DNA from: an uncultured Alphaproteobacteria bacterium
Lineage (GTDB): Bacteria; Pseudomonadota; Alphaproteobacteria; Rhizobiales; Xanthobacteraceae
NCBI GenBank assembly: GCA_963747855.1
Contig: CAVVGN010000005.1
Location: 179,304 to 243,303 of the forward strand
Length of the DNA: 64,000 nucleotides
Reading direction: 5' to 3'
How positions within the stretch are numbered: position 1 is the stretch's first letter; every line of letters begins with the position of its first letter. The position numbers and the translations under genes were made by a program. Under the pieces are notes generated by a model. That model did no database searches. It was not told the DNA's origin and saw only the letters and a list, made by a program, of their open reading frames with translations. This document shows, piece by piece, positions 38,802 through 47,012 of this stretch.

Positions 38802-40973
38802 GTGCCGAATCGCGCCGCCAGAAACAAGTCCGTTCGAAAAATGTTCGAAGCGCCGCGCCAAATGCAATCGGCCGCCGCCGGGACCGGAAGTGTCCCAGTC
38901 GGCTTCAGTCAATTTGGCGAACTGGATTTCCAGAAAATCTGGTCGGTGCTGTGGGACGGCAGAGCCACTATCCTGTGGACGACCGCCGCTTCGCTGGTCG
39001 CGGTCATGCTGTTCGTGCTCTTGGTGCCGCGCAGCTACAACGCGGTCACCCAGATCCTCATCGAACCGACGGATTTGCGCGCAGTCAACAACGAACTCTC
39101 CACCAATCAGACGAACAACGATTTGGCCGTTCTGCAGGTCGAGAGCCAGGTCCGCGTACTCACGTCCGACAGCGTGTTGCGGCGTATCGTCAAGGCCGAG
39201 ATGCTCGACCGCGATCCTGAATTCGTCAGCCGTTGGGCTGGCACCGGCGTGGACAACGTCACCGCCGCTCTCAACACGCTCCGGCGTAGCGTATACGTTA
39301 AGCGCGCAGAGCGGACCTATGTGGTCGATGTCGGCGTCACCGCGCACGAGCCGGCCAAGGCGGCGCGCATCGCCAATGCCATTGCCCAGGCCTACCTGAC
39401 CGAGCAGACCGACGTTCGCTCCGACGCGGCGCGCCAGGTTTCGCAATCTTTGAGCGCGCGCCTGAATGAACTCAAGGAACGCGTGCGCCAGGCCGAGGAC
39501 CGGGTCGAAACATTCAAGGCGCGAAACAACATCCTCGGCGGCGTGAACGGACAGCTCGTAAACGAACAGCAGTTGTCCGACCTGAACAATCAGCTCGGAC
39601 TGGAGCACGCGCGCGCGGCGGCGGCGAAAGCACGCTTCGACCAGGTTCAGCAGATGCAATTAGCCAAGGACGAGGTCGGTGCATTTCCGGAGGCAATACA
39701 ATCGCAAACCATCACCGCGCTGCGCAGTCAGTACGCCGAGGTGATGCGCCGCGAGGCCGAGCAAACGACCTCGCTCGGTGAGCGTCATCCGGCGGTGATC
39801 GAGATTCAGGCGGAAGCGGCGCGTTTGCGGCGCATGATCGACGATGAAGTGCATCGCGTCGCGCTTTCGACACGCAGCGAATACGAAAGCGCTCGCGCCA
39901 ACGAAGAGGCGCTGTCCGCCAACCTGGAAAAGCTCAAGGGCACGGCAGTCACCACCAACGAAACCATGGTTACGTTGCGCGAACTGCAGCGCGACGTGCT
40001 TGCGAGCAGCGCCGTCTATGAGGCTTTCCTCGTTCGCGCGCGTGAAACCGGCGAACAGGAGCGGCTCGACACCAAGAACATCAGGGTTGTCTCGCCCGCC
40101 GAGCCGCCGCTCCGCCGCAGCTTCCCGCCGTCGACCTTGCTGCTGGCAATCGGCGGCATGCTGTTCGGCATCGCCGCCGGCAGTGGCATGGTAATCATGC
40201 GTGAGTTATATGACGTGCCGGCGCCGCGCACCGCCGGGGCAAGCGCATTCACCGGCAAGATGATGAGGGCCGTCGACCGGATTTGGCCGTCGATGGCCGC
40301 CTCGTCGTCGGCCATTCCGGTGCTCGCGGTGTTGCCGAATGTCGATGTTTCGTTCGGGTTGAACGCGGCGGAAGATTCGAAATCGCGCTTCGCTGGCGAG
40401 CTGCGCAAGGTCTATGACGCTGTGCGCGCCGCGCCCAACAGCGCCCGCAATCCAAGCGTGCTGGTGGTCGCCTGCGACGAGGAAGACGACACCATTGGGG
40501 TCGCGCTTACGCTTGCGGCCGTGGCCGCTTCCATGCAACGCGTGCTGCTGATTGACGCCGATCTTGATTGCCGGACACTGTCCGCTATCGACGCCGACCG
40601 GAACGATGCCGGGCTCGTCGATGTCGCGGTCGGGCGGCGCGACCTCGCCGACGTCATCGTTCGCGACCGGGAAACCAACATTAACCTTGTCTCGTTCGTC
40701 TCACCGAACAGCCGGCGGGACCGGCGCATCAGCGAGGCCGATGTCAGGCACGCCTTCGATCAGACCAGGCGGTTCGACATCGTGATCGTCGCGGCGGTCA
40801 ACTTGGCGCGCAATCCGGGCACAAGCTTTTTCGCCGGCCTGGTCGATCACATCGTGCTAGTTGCCCGCACCGACAACCAGCACAAGGACGCCGTGCGGCA
40901 ATTTGTTTCCCGTCTCGGCCTCGATGCACGCAAAGTGCGCGGCGCGGTGCTCACCGGCGCCGAAACGGCGTGA
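38802..40973 (+). CDS. Exopolysaccharide chain-length determinant/co-polymerase (ExoP/GumC-like) with a degenerate BY-kinase domain
   Basis: Wzz-like N-terminus with TM, a long coiled-coil periplasmic domain, a second TM, then an ATPase-like C-terminal domain. Walker A is replaced by VVACDEEDDTIG while LLIDADL (A-prime) and DIVIVAA persist. The true start may be 38841 or 38862. Confidence 0.8.
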   Translation: MPNRAARNKSVRKMFEAPRQMQSAAAGTGSVPVGFSQFGELDFQKIWSVLWDGRATILWTTAASLVAVMLFVLLVPRSYNAVTQILIEPTDLRAVNNELSTNQTNNDLAVLQVESQVRVLTSDSVLRRIVKAEMLDRDPEFVSRWAGTGVDNVTAALNTLRRSVYVKRAERTYVVDVGVTAHEPAKAARIANAIAQAYLTEQTDVRSDAARQVSQSLSARLNELKERVRQAEDRVETFKARNNILGGVNGQLVNEQQLSDLNNQLGLEHARAAAAKARFDQVQQMQLAKDEVGAFPEAIQSQTITALRSQYAEVMRREAEQTTSLGERHPAVIEIQAEAARLRRMIDDEVHRVALSTRSEYESARANEEALSANLEKLKGTAVTTNETMVTLRELQRDVLASSAVYEAFLVRARETGEQERLDTKNIRVVSPAEPPLRRSFPPSTLLLAIGGMLFGIAAGSGMVIMRELYDVPAPRTAGASAFTGKMMRAVDRIWPSMAASSSAIPVLAVLPNVDVSFGLNAAEDSKSRFAGELRKVYDAVRAAPNSARNPSVLVVACDEEDDTIGVALTLAAVAASMQRVLLIDADLDCRTLSAIDADRNDAGLVDVAVGRRDLADVIVRDRETNINLVSFVSPNSRRDRRISEADVRHAFDQTRRFDIVIVAAVNLARNPGTSFFAGLVDHIVLVARTDNQHKDAVRQFVSRLGLDARKVRGAVLTGAETA

Positions 40974-41420
40974 GTGTTGCAGCGTTCGGTATCCCGTCGG
41001 CAACGCGTTCAGGGAAAATCGCTTTGGCACAGTACGGGGTTTTTCATTCGACCAACCGGCACAGCCACTCCCCCCGGTTGGCTGATCCGTAGCCTTCTCC
41101 TTGGCGTGGTCTTCCTGCTGCTGTGGATTTCGTTCGTACCGTTCCAAGACCTGACGTTGCCGCCCGAGATCACCGAGCAAGGCAGCGTCGTCAACCAGAT
41201 CGGCTATTCACTGCTTTTTGTAGTGCTCGCCGCCCGGTGCATGGTCCACGAAGCGGCCCGCTTGTTGCCGCTGATAAGGCCGACGCTTGTCGCGGCATTG
41301 CTGTGGCTCGTTATGTCCGTCGCCGTGTCGTGGGATCCGTTGCTCTCCGCCCGGCGGCTCATTTTCACGCTGCTGACGATGAGCATTGCCGCCATCCTGC
41401 TGTTTGCGGGTCTGCCTGTT
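40974..41420 (+). pseudogene. N-terminal fragment (about 145 aa) of an O-antigen-ligase/ExoQ-like membrane protein, fused in frame to unrelated downstream sequence
   Basis: LLLWISFVPFQDL...VVNQIGYSLLF...SWDPLLSARRLIFTLL resembles the first 3-4 TM helices of Wzy_C/ExoQ family proteins. The remaining roughly 280 aa expected for the family are absent. Confidence 0.45.
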
Positions 41421-41612
41421 CGCCGCCTACGGATCATGCGGTTTCTCGTTCAGATCGAGCCAATCGGCGAGGCTGCCGGGCGGGAGGTCGTCTTTGGCTC
41501 GATCGATTTCGTCCGCTTCGCAACCGGCGTCAACGCGACGATCGGGGATCGCGGCCAAGCCGAATCCTCGGCTCCCGTCGCGGGCGCCGCCAACAAACGC
41601 ACCCGCACCGCA

Positions 41613-42208
41613 AAATGCGTCGTGTGGGATCTCGACGATACGATTTGGCGCGGGACATTGGCCGAAGACGGACGCGAGGGGTTGATGCTCGATCCGGCCG
41701 CGCTCGCGACCGTGGTGGAGCTCGACCGACGCGGCATTCTCCAATCGATCGCCAGTAAAAACGACGCCGAGGCCGCACTTGCGGCGCTGCAAGCCTTCGG
41801 CGTTCGCGACTATTCCTGTTCCCGCAAATCGGTTGGAGACCGAAGAGCTCGGTATCCGGCGGATCGCGGAAATGCTCGATATCGGCCTCGACGCTTTCGT
41901 GTTCGTCGACGATCAGGCGTTCGAGCGGGGCGAGGTAGGCGAGACCTTGCCCGAAGTGACGGTGCTGCCGGCGACCGATATTCCGAATTTGCTCACCAGC
42001 CCGCTGTTCGACGTGCCGGCAACGCAGGAAAGCACCAAGCGCACAGGCGGTGGTCAAAATGCTCGAGCAGCTGGGTTTCGAGTATCGCTCGGAGAGCCAT
42101 ACAGCGGGTACATTCGCGCGGCCGCTCCATGATCGGATTGCTGACGACGACGTGGTCAAAATCGTCAATCGGACGGTGGCGCAGGGACTAGAATTAACCC
42201 GCAACTAG
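41613..42208 (+). pseudogene. FkbH-like HAD-IIIC phosphatase-domain remnant with several frame changes and a probable internal deletion
   Basis: KCVVWDLDDTIWRGTL (HAD motif I) and ILQSIASKND (motif II) in frame 0. FLFPQIGWRPKS in frame 2 after a TTT to TT change near 41813. GIRRIAEMLDIGLDAFVFVDDQAFERGEV in frame 1 after a GGG to GG change near 41850. The frame is lost after about 42045; a separate frame ends ...MLEQLGFEY...TRN at 42208. Confidence 0.55.
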
Positions 42209-42220
42209 ACCTTCATCCGA

Positions 42221-42238
42221 CTGTCATAAAGCTCGCGC
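42221..42238 (+). promoter_or_regulatory. Weak Pho-box-like element (CTGTCAT-AAAG-CTCGCGC) upstream of pit
   Basis: The first heptamer matches the CTGTCAT consensus perfectly. The second matches only 3/7. Confidence 0.2.
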
Positions 42239-42272
42239 AAGGTTGGGCTTTTCCGTCGGGAGGGGTCTGTCC

Positions 42273-43892
42273 ATGAGCGACGCTGCCATTTTGCCGGGTT
42301 CAATCGAGCCCGCAGCCCACAAGGGCCCAGATCTAACCGGCGCAGTTAACCCATTGTCCGGCATTATCTTTGGGGGCATCATCGCGGCTGTCCTCCTGTT
42401 CGTCGCCTACAGCATCTACACCGACATCGACGCTACCGGCGCCAAGGTCACCAGTTACGCGCCGTTCTTCCTCCTGTTCGTCGCGCTGTTGATCGCGCTC
42501 GGCTTCGAGTTCGTGAACGGCTTTCACGATACCGCCAACGCGGTAGCGACCGTGATCTATACCCGCTCGCTGCCGGCGAATTTCGCGGTGGTGTGGTCGG
42601 GCCTGTTCAACCTTGCTGGTGTGCTGACCTCCTCCGGTGCCGTCGCCTTCGGCATTATCTCGCTCCTGCCGGTGGAATTGATCCTGCAAGTCGGCAGTCA
42701 CGCCGGCTTTGCCATGGTGTTCGCATTGCTGATCGCCGCCATCGTCTGGAATCTCGGCACTTGGGCGTTCGGGCTGCCGGCGTCCAGCTCGCACACCCTG
42801 ATCGGCTCGATCATCGGCGTCGGCGTCACCAACGCGATGCTGCATGGCCGCAGCGGCACCGCTGGCGTCGATTGGGGCAAGGCCAAGGAGGTGGGTGAGG
42901 CGCTGCTGCTCTCTCCCCTGTTCGGCTTCGCGCTTGCCGCCGCGCTTTTGCTGCTGCTCAAATCCATCATCCGCGTTCCGGCGCTTTATGCCGAACCGAA
43001 GGGAAACCAGCCGCCGCCATGGTGGATCCGGGGCATCCTCATCCTGACCTGCACGTTGGTGAGCTTCTTCCACGGCTCCAACGACGGGCAGAAAGGCATG
43101 GGCCTGATCATGCTCATCCTGATAGGCACGGTGCCGACCGCTTACGCGCTCAATCGCGCGCTGCCCGACAACCAGCTGCAAACCTTCGCGTCACGATCGA
43201 TTGCCGCGAGCAAGGTGATCGAGGGAAAGGCCGAGGGATATAACGTGCTCGGCAATCCGCGGCCGGCGGTGACAGCTTACGTCTCCAGCCACGAGATCAA
43301 TGAAGGGACCTTTCCTTCATTGGCCGTCCTCGTGCGCGACATCTCCGACCAGATCACCAAATACGGAGCGCTCTCGAAAATGCCGGCGGACACTGTCGGC
43401 AACGTGCGCAACGACATGTATCTGGCATCCGAGGCAATCCGCTTCCTGATGAAGGACAAGGCGAGCGATCTTTCGGCAGACCAGGTGCGAACGTTGAGCG
43501 CGTACAAGCTTTCGCTCGACGAAGCGACCAAATTCATCCCCACCTGGGTGAAAGTCGCGGTAGCGATCGCGCTTGGTCTCGGCACGATGATCGGCTGGAA
43601 GCGGATCGTCGTCACCGTCGGGGAAAAAATCGGCAAGACGCATTTGACCTACGCGCAAGGCGCCTGCGCCGAAATCACCGCCGCCGCGACTATTGCTGCT
43701 GCAGATATTTACGGCTTGCCGGTATCGACCACGCACGTCTTGTCGTCGGGTATCGCCGGGACGATGGCGGCAAATGGTTCGGGGTTGCAGCTATCGACCG
43801 TGCGCAACATCGCGCTCGCCTGGGTGCTGACGCTGCCGGCCGCGATGGTGATTTCCGGTACGCTCTACTGGGCGTTCTCGGCGATCTTCTAG
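42273..43892 (+). CDS. pit: Inorganic phosphate transporter, PiT family
   Basis: GFHDTANAVAT and GSNDGQKGMG signature repeats with a large central loop. ATG at 42273 follows GGGAGGGG. Confidence 0.9.
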   Translation: MSDAAILPGSIEPAAHKGPDLTGAVNPLSGIIFGGIIAAVLLFVAYSIYTDIDATGAKVTSYAPFFLLFVALLIALGFEFVNGFHDTANAVATVIYTRSLPANFAVVWSGLFNLAGVLTSSGAVAFGIISLLPVELILQVGSHAGFAMVFALLIAAIVWNLGTWAFGLPASSSHTLIGSIIGVGVTNAMLHGRSGTAGVDWGKAKEVGEALLLSPLFGFALAAALLLLLKSIIRVPALYAEPKGNQPPPWWIRGILILTCTLVSFFHGSNDGQKGMGLIMLILIGTVPTAYALNRALPDNQLQTFASRSIAASKVIEGKAEGYNVLGNPRPAVTAYVSSHEINEGTFPSLAVLVRDISDQITKYGALSKMPADTVGNVRNDMYLASEAIRFLMKDKASDLSADQVRTLSAYKLSLDEATKFIPTWVKVAVAIALGLGTMIGWKRIVVTVGEKIGKTHLTYAQGACAEITAAATIAAADIYGLPVSTTHVLSSGIAGTMAANGSGLQLSTVRNIALAWVLTLPAAMVISGTLYWAFSAIF

Positions 43893-43918
43893 CGGCATCG
43901 CAGCGATCTAAAAGTCAA

Positions 43919-43949
43919 AGGGCGCCGTCCGGTCGGCGCCCTTTTGTTT
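43919..43949 (+). terminator. Rho-independent terminator after pit
   Basis: AGGGCGCCG-TCCGGT-CGGCGCCCT followed by TTTGTTT. Confidence 0.7.
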
Positions 43950-44088
43950 CCACAAGTTCCGAAATACCTCAGCCTCAACGAAGTGCAAATCTGTTCCATC
44001 AGCTTTTGGCGAACACAAAATCGGGGAACCCCTTCGTCCCCGTTCGCGTTTTTGATTTTGGGTGAACCAACCTCGCGAAGGAGGAACT

Positions 44089-44349
44089 ATGAGAAAGCTC
44101 GCACTTGGGCTTGTCGCCGCAGGCGCGCTCGTGACGGCCGCGGCATTGCCGGCCGCGGCGCAAGTTGGCGCATACGTCGGACCGGGTGGCGTCGGCGTAG
44201 GCGTCGGTCCGTTCGGCATCGGCGTTGGTCCGGCACCGTACCCCTATTATAATGGCTACTACGATTACGCTCCCGGCCCGGGCGTGTACGCGGGCCCAGG
44301 CTGGTATGATGGGCATCACCGCTGGCATCGCGGCTACCATCACCACTAG
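44089..44349 (+). CDS. Small secreted Gly/Tyr/Pro-rich protein with a His-rich C-terminus
   Basis: AGGAGG RBS, signal peptide MRKLALGLVAAGALVTAAALPAAAQ, a low-complexity GVGVGVGPFGIGVGPAPYPYYNGYYDY segment, and tail HHRWHRGYHHH. Confidence 0.6.
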   Translation: MRKLALGLVAAGALVTAAALPAAAQVGAYVGPGGVGVGVGPFGIGVGPAPYPYYNGYYDYAPGPGVYAGPGWYDGHHRWHRGYHHH

Positions 44350-44363
44350 CTCAAACTCCGAGA

Positions 44364-44389
44364 AAGGGCCCCGACGGGGCCTTTTCTTT
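44364..44389 (+). terminator. Rho-independent terminator
   Basis: AAGGGCCCC-GAC-GGGGCCTT followed by TTCTTT. Confidence 0.75.
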
Positions 44390-44601
44390 ATGTCGGCTGC
44401 GGCGACGCATAATCGTTTCCCGGCAAATTGTACACACTGCTTTGTGAACGATTTAGACCGTGCAGCCGGGCGTCAACCAGTGGCGCCAAGGCGCCGAGAT
44501 TGCCACAATGCGCAATTATGCTGGTTTCGCGGCGGCGTCTTTGCGTGACGACCGATCGAAGACGCAGCTCCAAGTGAACCAACGAGTTCAGGGAGGCTTC
44601 G

Positions 44602-45486
44602 ATGTCTTCTTCGCACCTTCTGGTGGGCGCCACGAGTCCTTCGTCAGCGCTGTCTATTCGCCGCATCACGCCCGCTGATCTGGCGCAGGCGCTTGCCAGC
44701 GGCTGGCACGATTTTACGGCAATGCCAAGTCACGCGGTTTTCCTCTGCGTGATCTATCCACTGCTCGGCCTGTGGCTGGTATCGCTCTCCGCCGGATATT
44801 CGATGCTGCCGCTTGCATTTCCGCTGGCGGCGGGCTTTGCCCTTATCGGGCCATTCGCAGCTGTCGGGCTTTATGAATTGAGCCGGCGGCGGGAAGCCGG
44901 TCTCGATACCAACTCAACCCATGCCTTGGACGTGCTGCACTCGCCCTCGCTCGGCGCCATTCTCGCCCTGGGGCTGCTACTGATGGCGATCTTTTTGGTC
45001 TGGCTCGCCGTTGCGGAAGCGATCTACGTCGCCAATTTCGGCTACGCTGCACCCGCTTCGATCCTGCAATTCGTCAAAGACGTGTTCACCACTCCCGCCG
45101 GGTGGACTTTAATCGTGGTCGGCACCGGCGTTGGTTTCCTGTTCGCCGTGGCGGCGCTCACCATCGGCGCGATATCCTTTCCGCTGTTGCTCGATCGCGA
45201 CGTTGGCGCCGCGGTTGCGCTGTTGACCTCGATCCGCGTGGTCGTGGCCAATCCGCTGACCATGGCGCTCTGGGGATTCATCGTCGCCGCGCTTCTGGTG
45301 CTCGGCTCGCTGCCGTTCTTCCTTGGCCTGACGGTGGTCATGCCGGTATTAGGCCACGCGACCTGGCATCTCTACCGCAGGGCGGTCGAGCCCGGCGGCG
45401 CTCCGCGCGCGGATTTCCGGCCCAGCGGACGCGCACCCCGTTCTGCGGCGGATTTCCCCGCTTCGCTGTTTCCGACACGCCGCTAA
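44602..45486 (+). CDS. DUF2189-family integral membrane protein
   Basis: 294 aa, GGGAGG RBS, about 6 TM. The motif region GWHDFTAMPSHAVFLCVIYPLLG resembles DUF2189. Confidence 0.65.
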   Translation: MSSSHLLVGATSPSSALSIRRITPADLAQALASGWHDFTAMPSHAVFLCVIYPLLGLWLVSLSAGYSMLPLAFPLAAGFALIGPFAAVGLYELSRRREAGLDTNSTHALDVLHSPSLGAILALGLLLMAIFLVWLAVAEAIYVANFGYAAPASILQFVKDVFTTPAGWTLIVVGTGVGFLFAVAALTIGAISFPLLLDRDVGAAVALLTSIRVVVANPLTMALWGFIVAALLVLGSLPFFLGLTVVMPVLGHATWHLYRRAVEPGGAPRADFRPSGRAPRSAADFPASLFPTRR

Positions 45487-45550
45487 CGGCGCTTTCATTG
45501 GCTAGCAGGATCCCTACAGCTTGAACGAGCTGCGGCAGCCGGAGTTATGA

Positions 45551-45778
45551 TCAGCCAGAGCCGGCTTCGCGCAGGACGCGCTCGCACAGACGCCCTGAAT
45601 TCCGCTCGCCGCGCCGCGCCAATTCGATAATCCGCACGGCGACCGTTTCGCGCTCGCGCTTGGCGCCGTCCGGCAGCTCGAGCGCCTGGCAGGCCTCGTC
45701 GAACGCAGTCGACATGATGCGCACCGCCTCCGGATCGAAGACGGCCTCGTCTCGCAAAAAGGGAAGACTGGTGGCCAT
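45551..45778 (-). CDS. Small conserved hypothetical protein (75 aa)
   Basis: Compact helical-looking ORF divergent from the RHH gene. No family recognised. Confidence 0.45.
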   Translation of the reverse strand: MATSLPFLRDEAVFDPEAVRIMSTAFDEACQALELPDGAKRERETVAVRIIELARRGERNSGRLCERVLREAGSG

Positions 45779-45928
45779 CCAGTTTCTGTTGCGCCCGGCA
45801 GTGTGTCAGCACGCATCTTCACGCCATCCACAGCCGTTTGTCAATTTCGTATTGCGGCTTAAGCAAATGACTTAATTGATGTTTTTTGATAATTTCTGCT
45901 CAGCCTGCTAAAGACACAAAGTACAATC

Positions 45929-45957
45929 TTGACGTCTATTGAGTGAAGCACTATTTG
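45929..45957 (+). promoter_or_regulatory. Sigma-70-like promoter candidate (TTGACG-N17-TATTTG) overlapped by inverted repeat AGTACAA-N28-TTGTACT (45920..45961)
   Basis: Read directly in the AT-rich spacer upstream of the RHH gene. The -10 match is only partial. Confidence 0.3.
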
Positions 45958-45988
45958 TACTAACAAATTACTGCATGGAGGGGCCACC

Positions 45989-46213
45989 ATGACCGATCGC
46001 TTACGCGGCGAGCGTCTCCAGATCATGCTCTCGCCGGAAGAACTTTGCTTGATTGACGATTTCCGCTTCGCCAAGCGCATGCCGTCGCGTGCGTCGACGG
46101 TGCGCGAATTGTTTCGCCGCGGCCTAGCCGCCGAGGGCTTTACCGTGGCGCCGGCGGGCGCCAGCTCGAAGGAATTCGGCGTCAACGGCAAATCGCCACG
46201 GTCGCAGCGCTAG
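45989..46213 (+). CDS. Ribbon-helix-helix-like small DNA-binding protein
   Basis: GGAGGGG RBS. ERLQIMLSPEELCLIDDFRFAKRMPSRASTVRELFRRGL fits a beta-strand/helix/helix RHH pattern. Confidence 0.5.
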   Translation: MTDRLRGERLQIMLSPEELCLIDDFRFAKRMPSRASTVRELFRRGLAAEGFTVAPAGASSKEFGVNGKSPRSQR

Positions 46214-46273
46214 CTTAAACGCCGCATTTTCTGCACTCAAACGTGCAGACGTCGCGTTGCGCGGCCGTTTAAA

Positions 46274-46699
46274 TTATTGCGCTTGGAAACGCGCGACGAC
46301 GTCATCGGGGATCGGCGACGCCTTGATGCCGGACGGACTGGCGGCATCGCGTTTTGCCCAAACGCGACTTTCGCTGCCTTCCACCGCAATCTTACCGCTC
46401 ACCATCAAGCGATGCGCGACGTCGAAGCTCGAACGGCGGAACTCGCTCACCTCGGAGTAATGCTCGACGACGTCGCCGAAACGCGCCGGAGCGAAGAAGC
46501 GCGCATTGACGTCGACCAGCGGCAGGATAATGCCGAGCGCACCGGACAAATTTTCCGGCGTGACGCCGAGGGCCTCTTCAAAAAGAAGCCAAGTGCCCCA
46601 ATCGAAGAACTCGAAGAATCGGCCGCTGAAGACAATCCCGGCCGGGTCGCAATGGCCCCATTCGATGGTGAATTGCCTGCGGCTGACGAGGTTCGGCAT
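46274..46699 (-). CDS. 4-hydroxybenzoyl-CoA thioesterase/YbgC-family acyl-CoA thioesterase
   Basis: WGHCDPAGIVFSGRFFEFFD, the catalytic Asp region of the 4HBT hotdog family. Confidence 0.8.
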   Translation of the reverse strand: MPNLVSRRQFTIEWGHCDPAGIVFSGRFFEFFDWGTWLLFEEALGVTPENLSGALGIILPLVDVNARFFAPARFGDVVEHYSEVSEFRRSSFDVAHRLMVSGKIAVEGSESRVWAKRDAASPSGIKASPIPDDVVARFQAQ

Positions 46700-46938
46700 C
46701 GTGTCCCTTGGATCGCACGGGCGCATCGAAGCGCACCATCCCGCCCCACGTCAAACGGCTGTCGGATAACGTATTGCCTAATAAATGGACACAGTTTTTC
46801 GTTTTTTGATCTCGCAGAGTAAAAATTAGGCGGTGATTCAACCGGAATCGGATTCAAAATGGGCGCGGACCGCGGCAGAAACCCGATCGGCCACCGGGAT
46901 TTCGCCGTGAACACAGCACTTTAGCATCCATCGAGGGT

Positions 46939-46953
46939 TGGCATGCTCCTTGC
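46939..46953 (+). promoter_or_regulatory. Sigma-54 (-24/-12) promoter upstream of urtA
   Basis: TGGCAT-GCTCC-TTGC matches TGGCAC-N5-TTGC with correct spacing, about 60 nt upstream of the urtA ATG. Confidence 0.6.
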
Positions 46954-47012
46954 GATTTGTCGAATGCGTGACGGCACCCGCTGTTCGCGCGCGTCAAATA
47001 GAGGACATCGCG

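Noticed and set aside
45866-45885. CtrA-box-like TTAA-N-TTAA (CTTAAGCAAATGACTTAATTG)
   Set aside because: The spacing between the TTAA half-sites is 9 nt, not the required 7.
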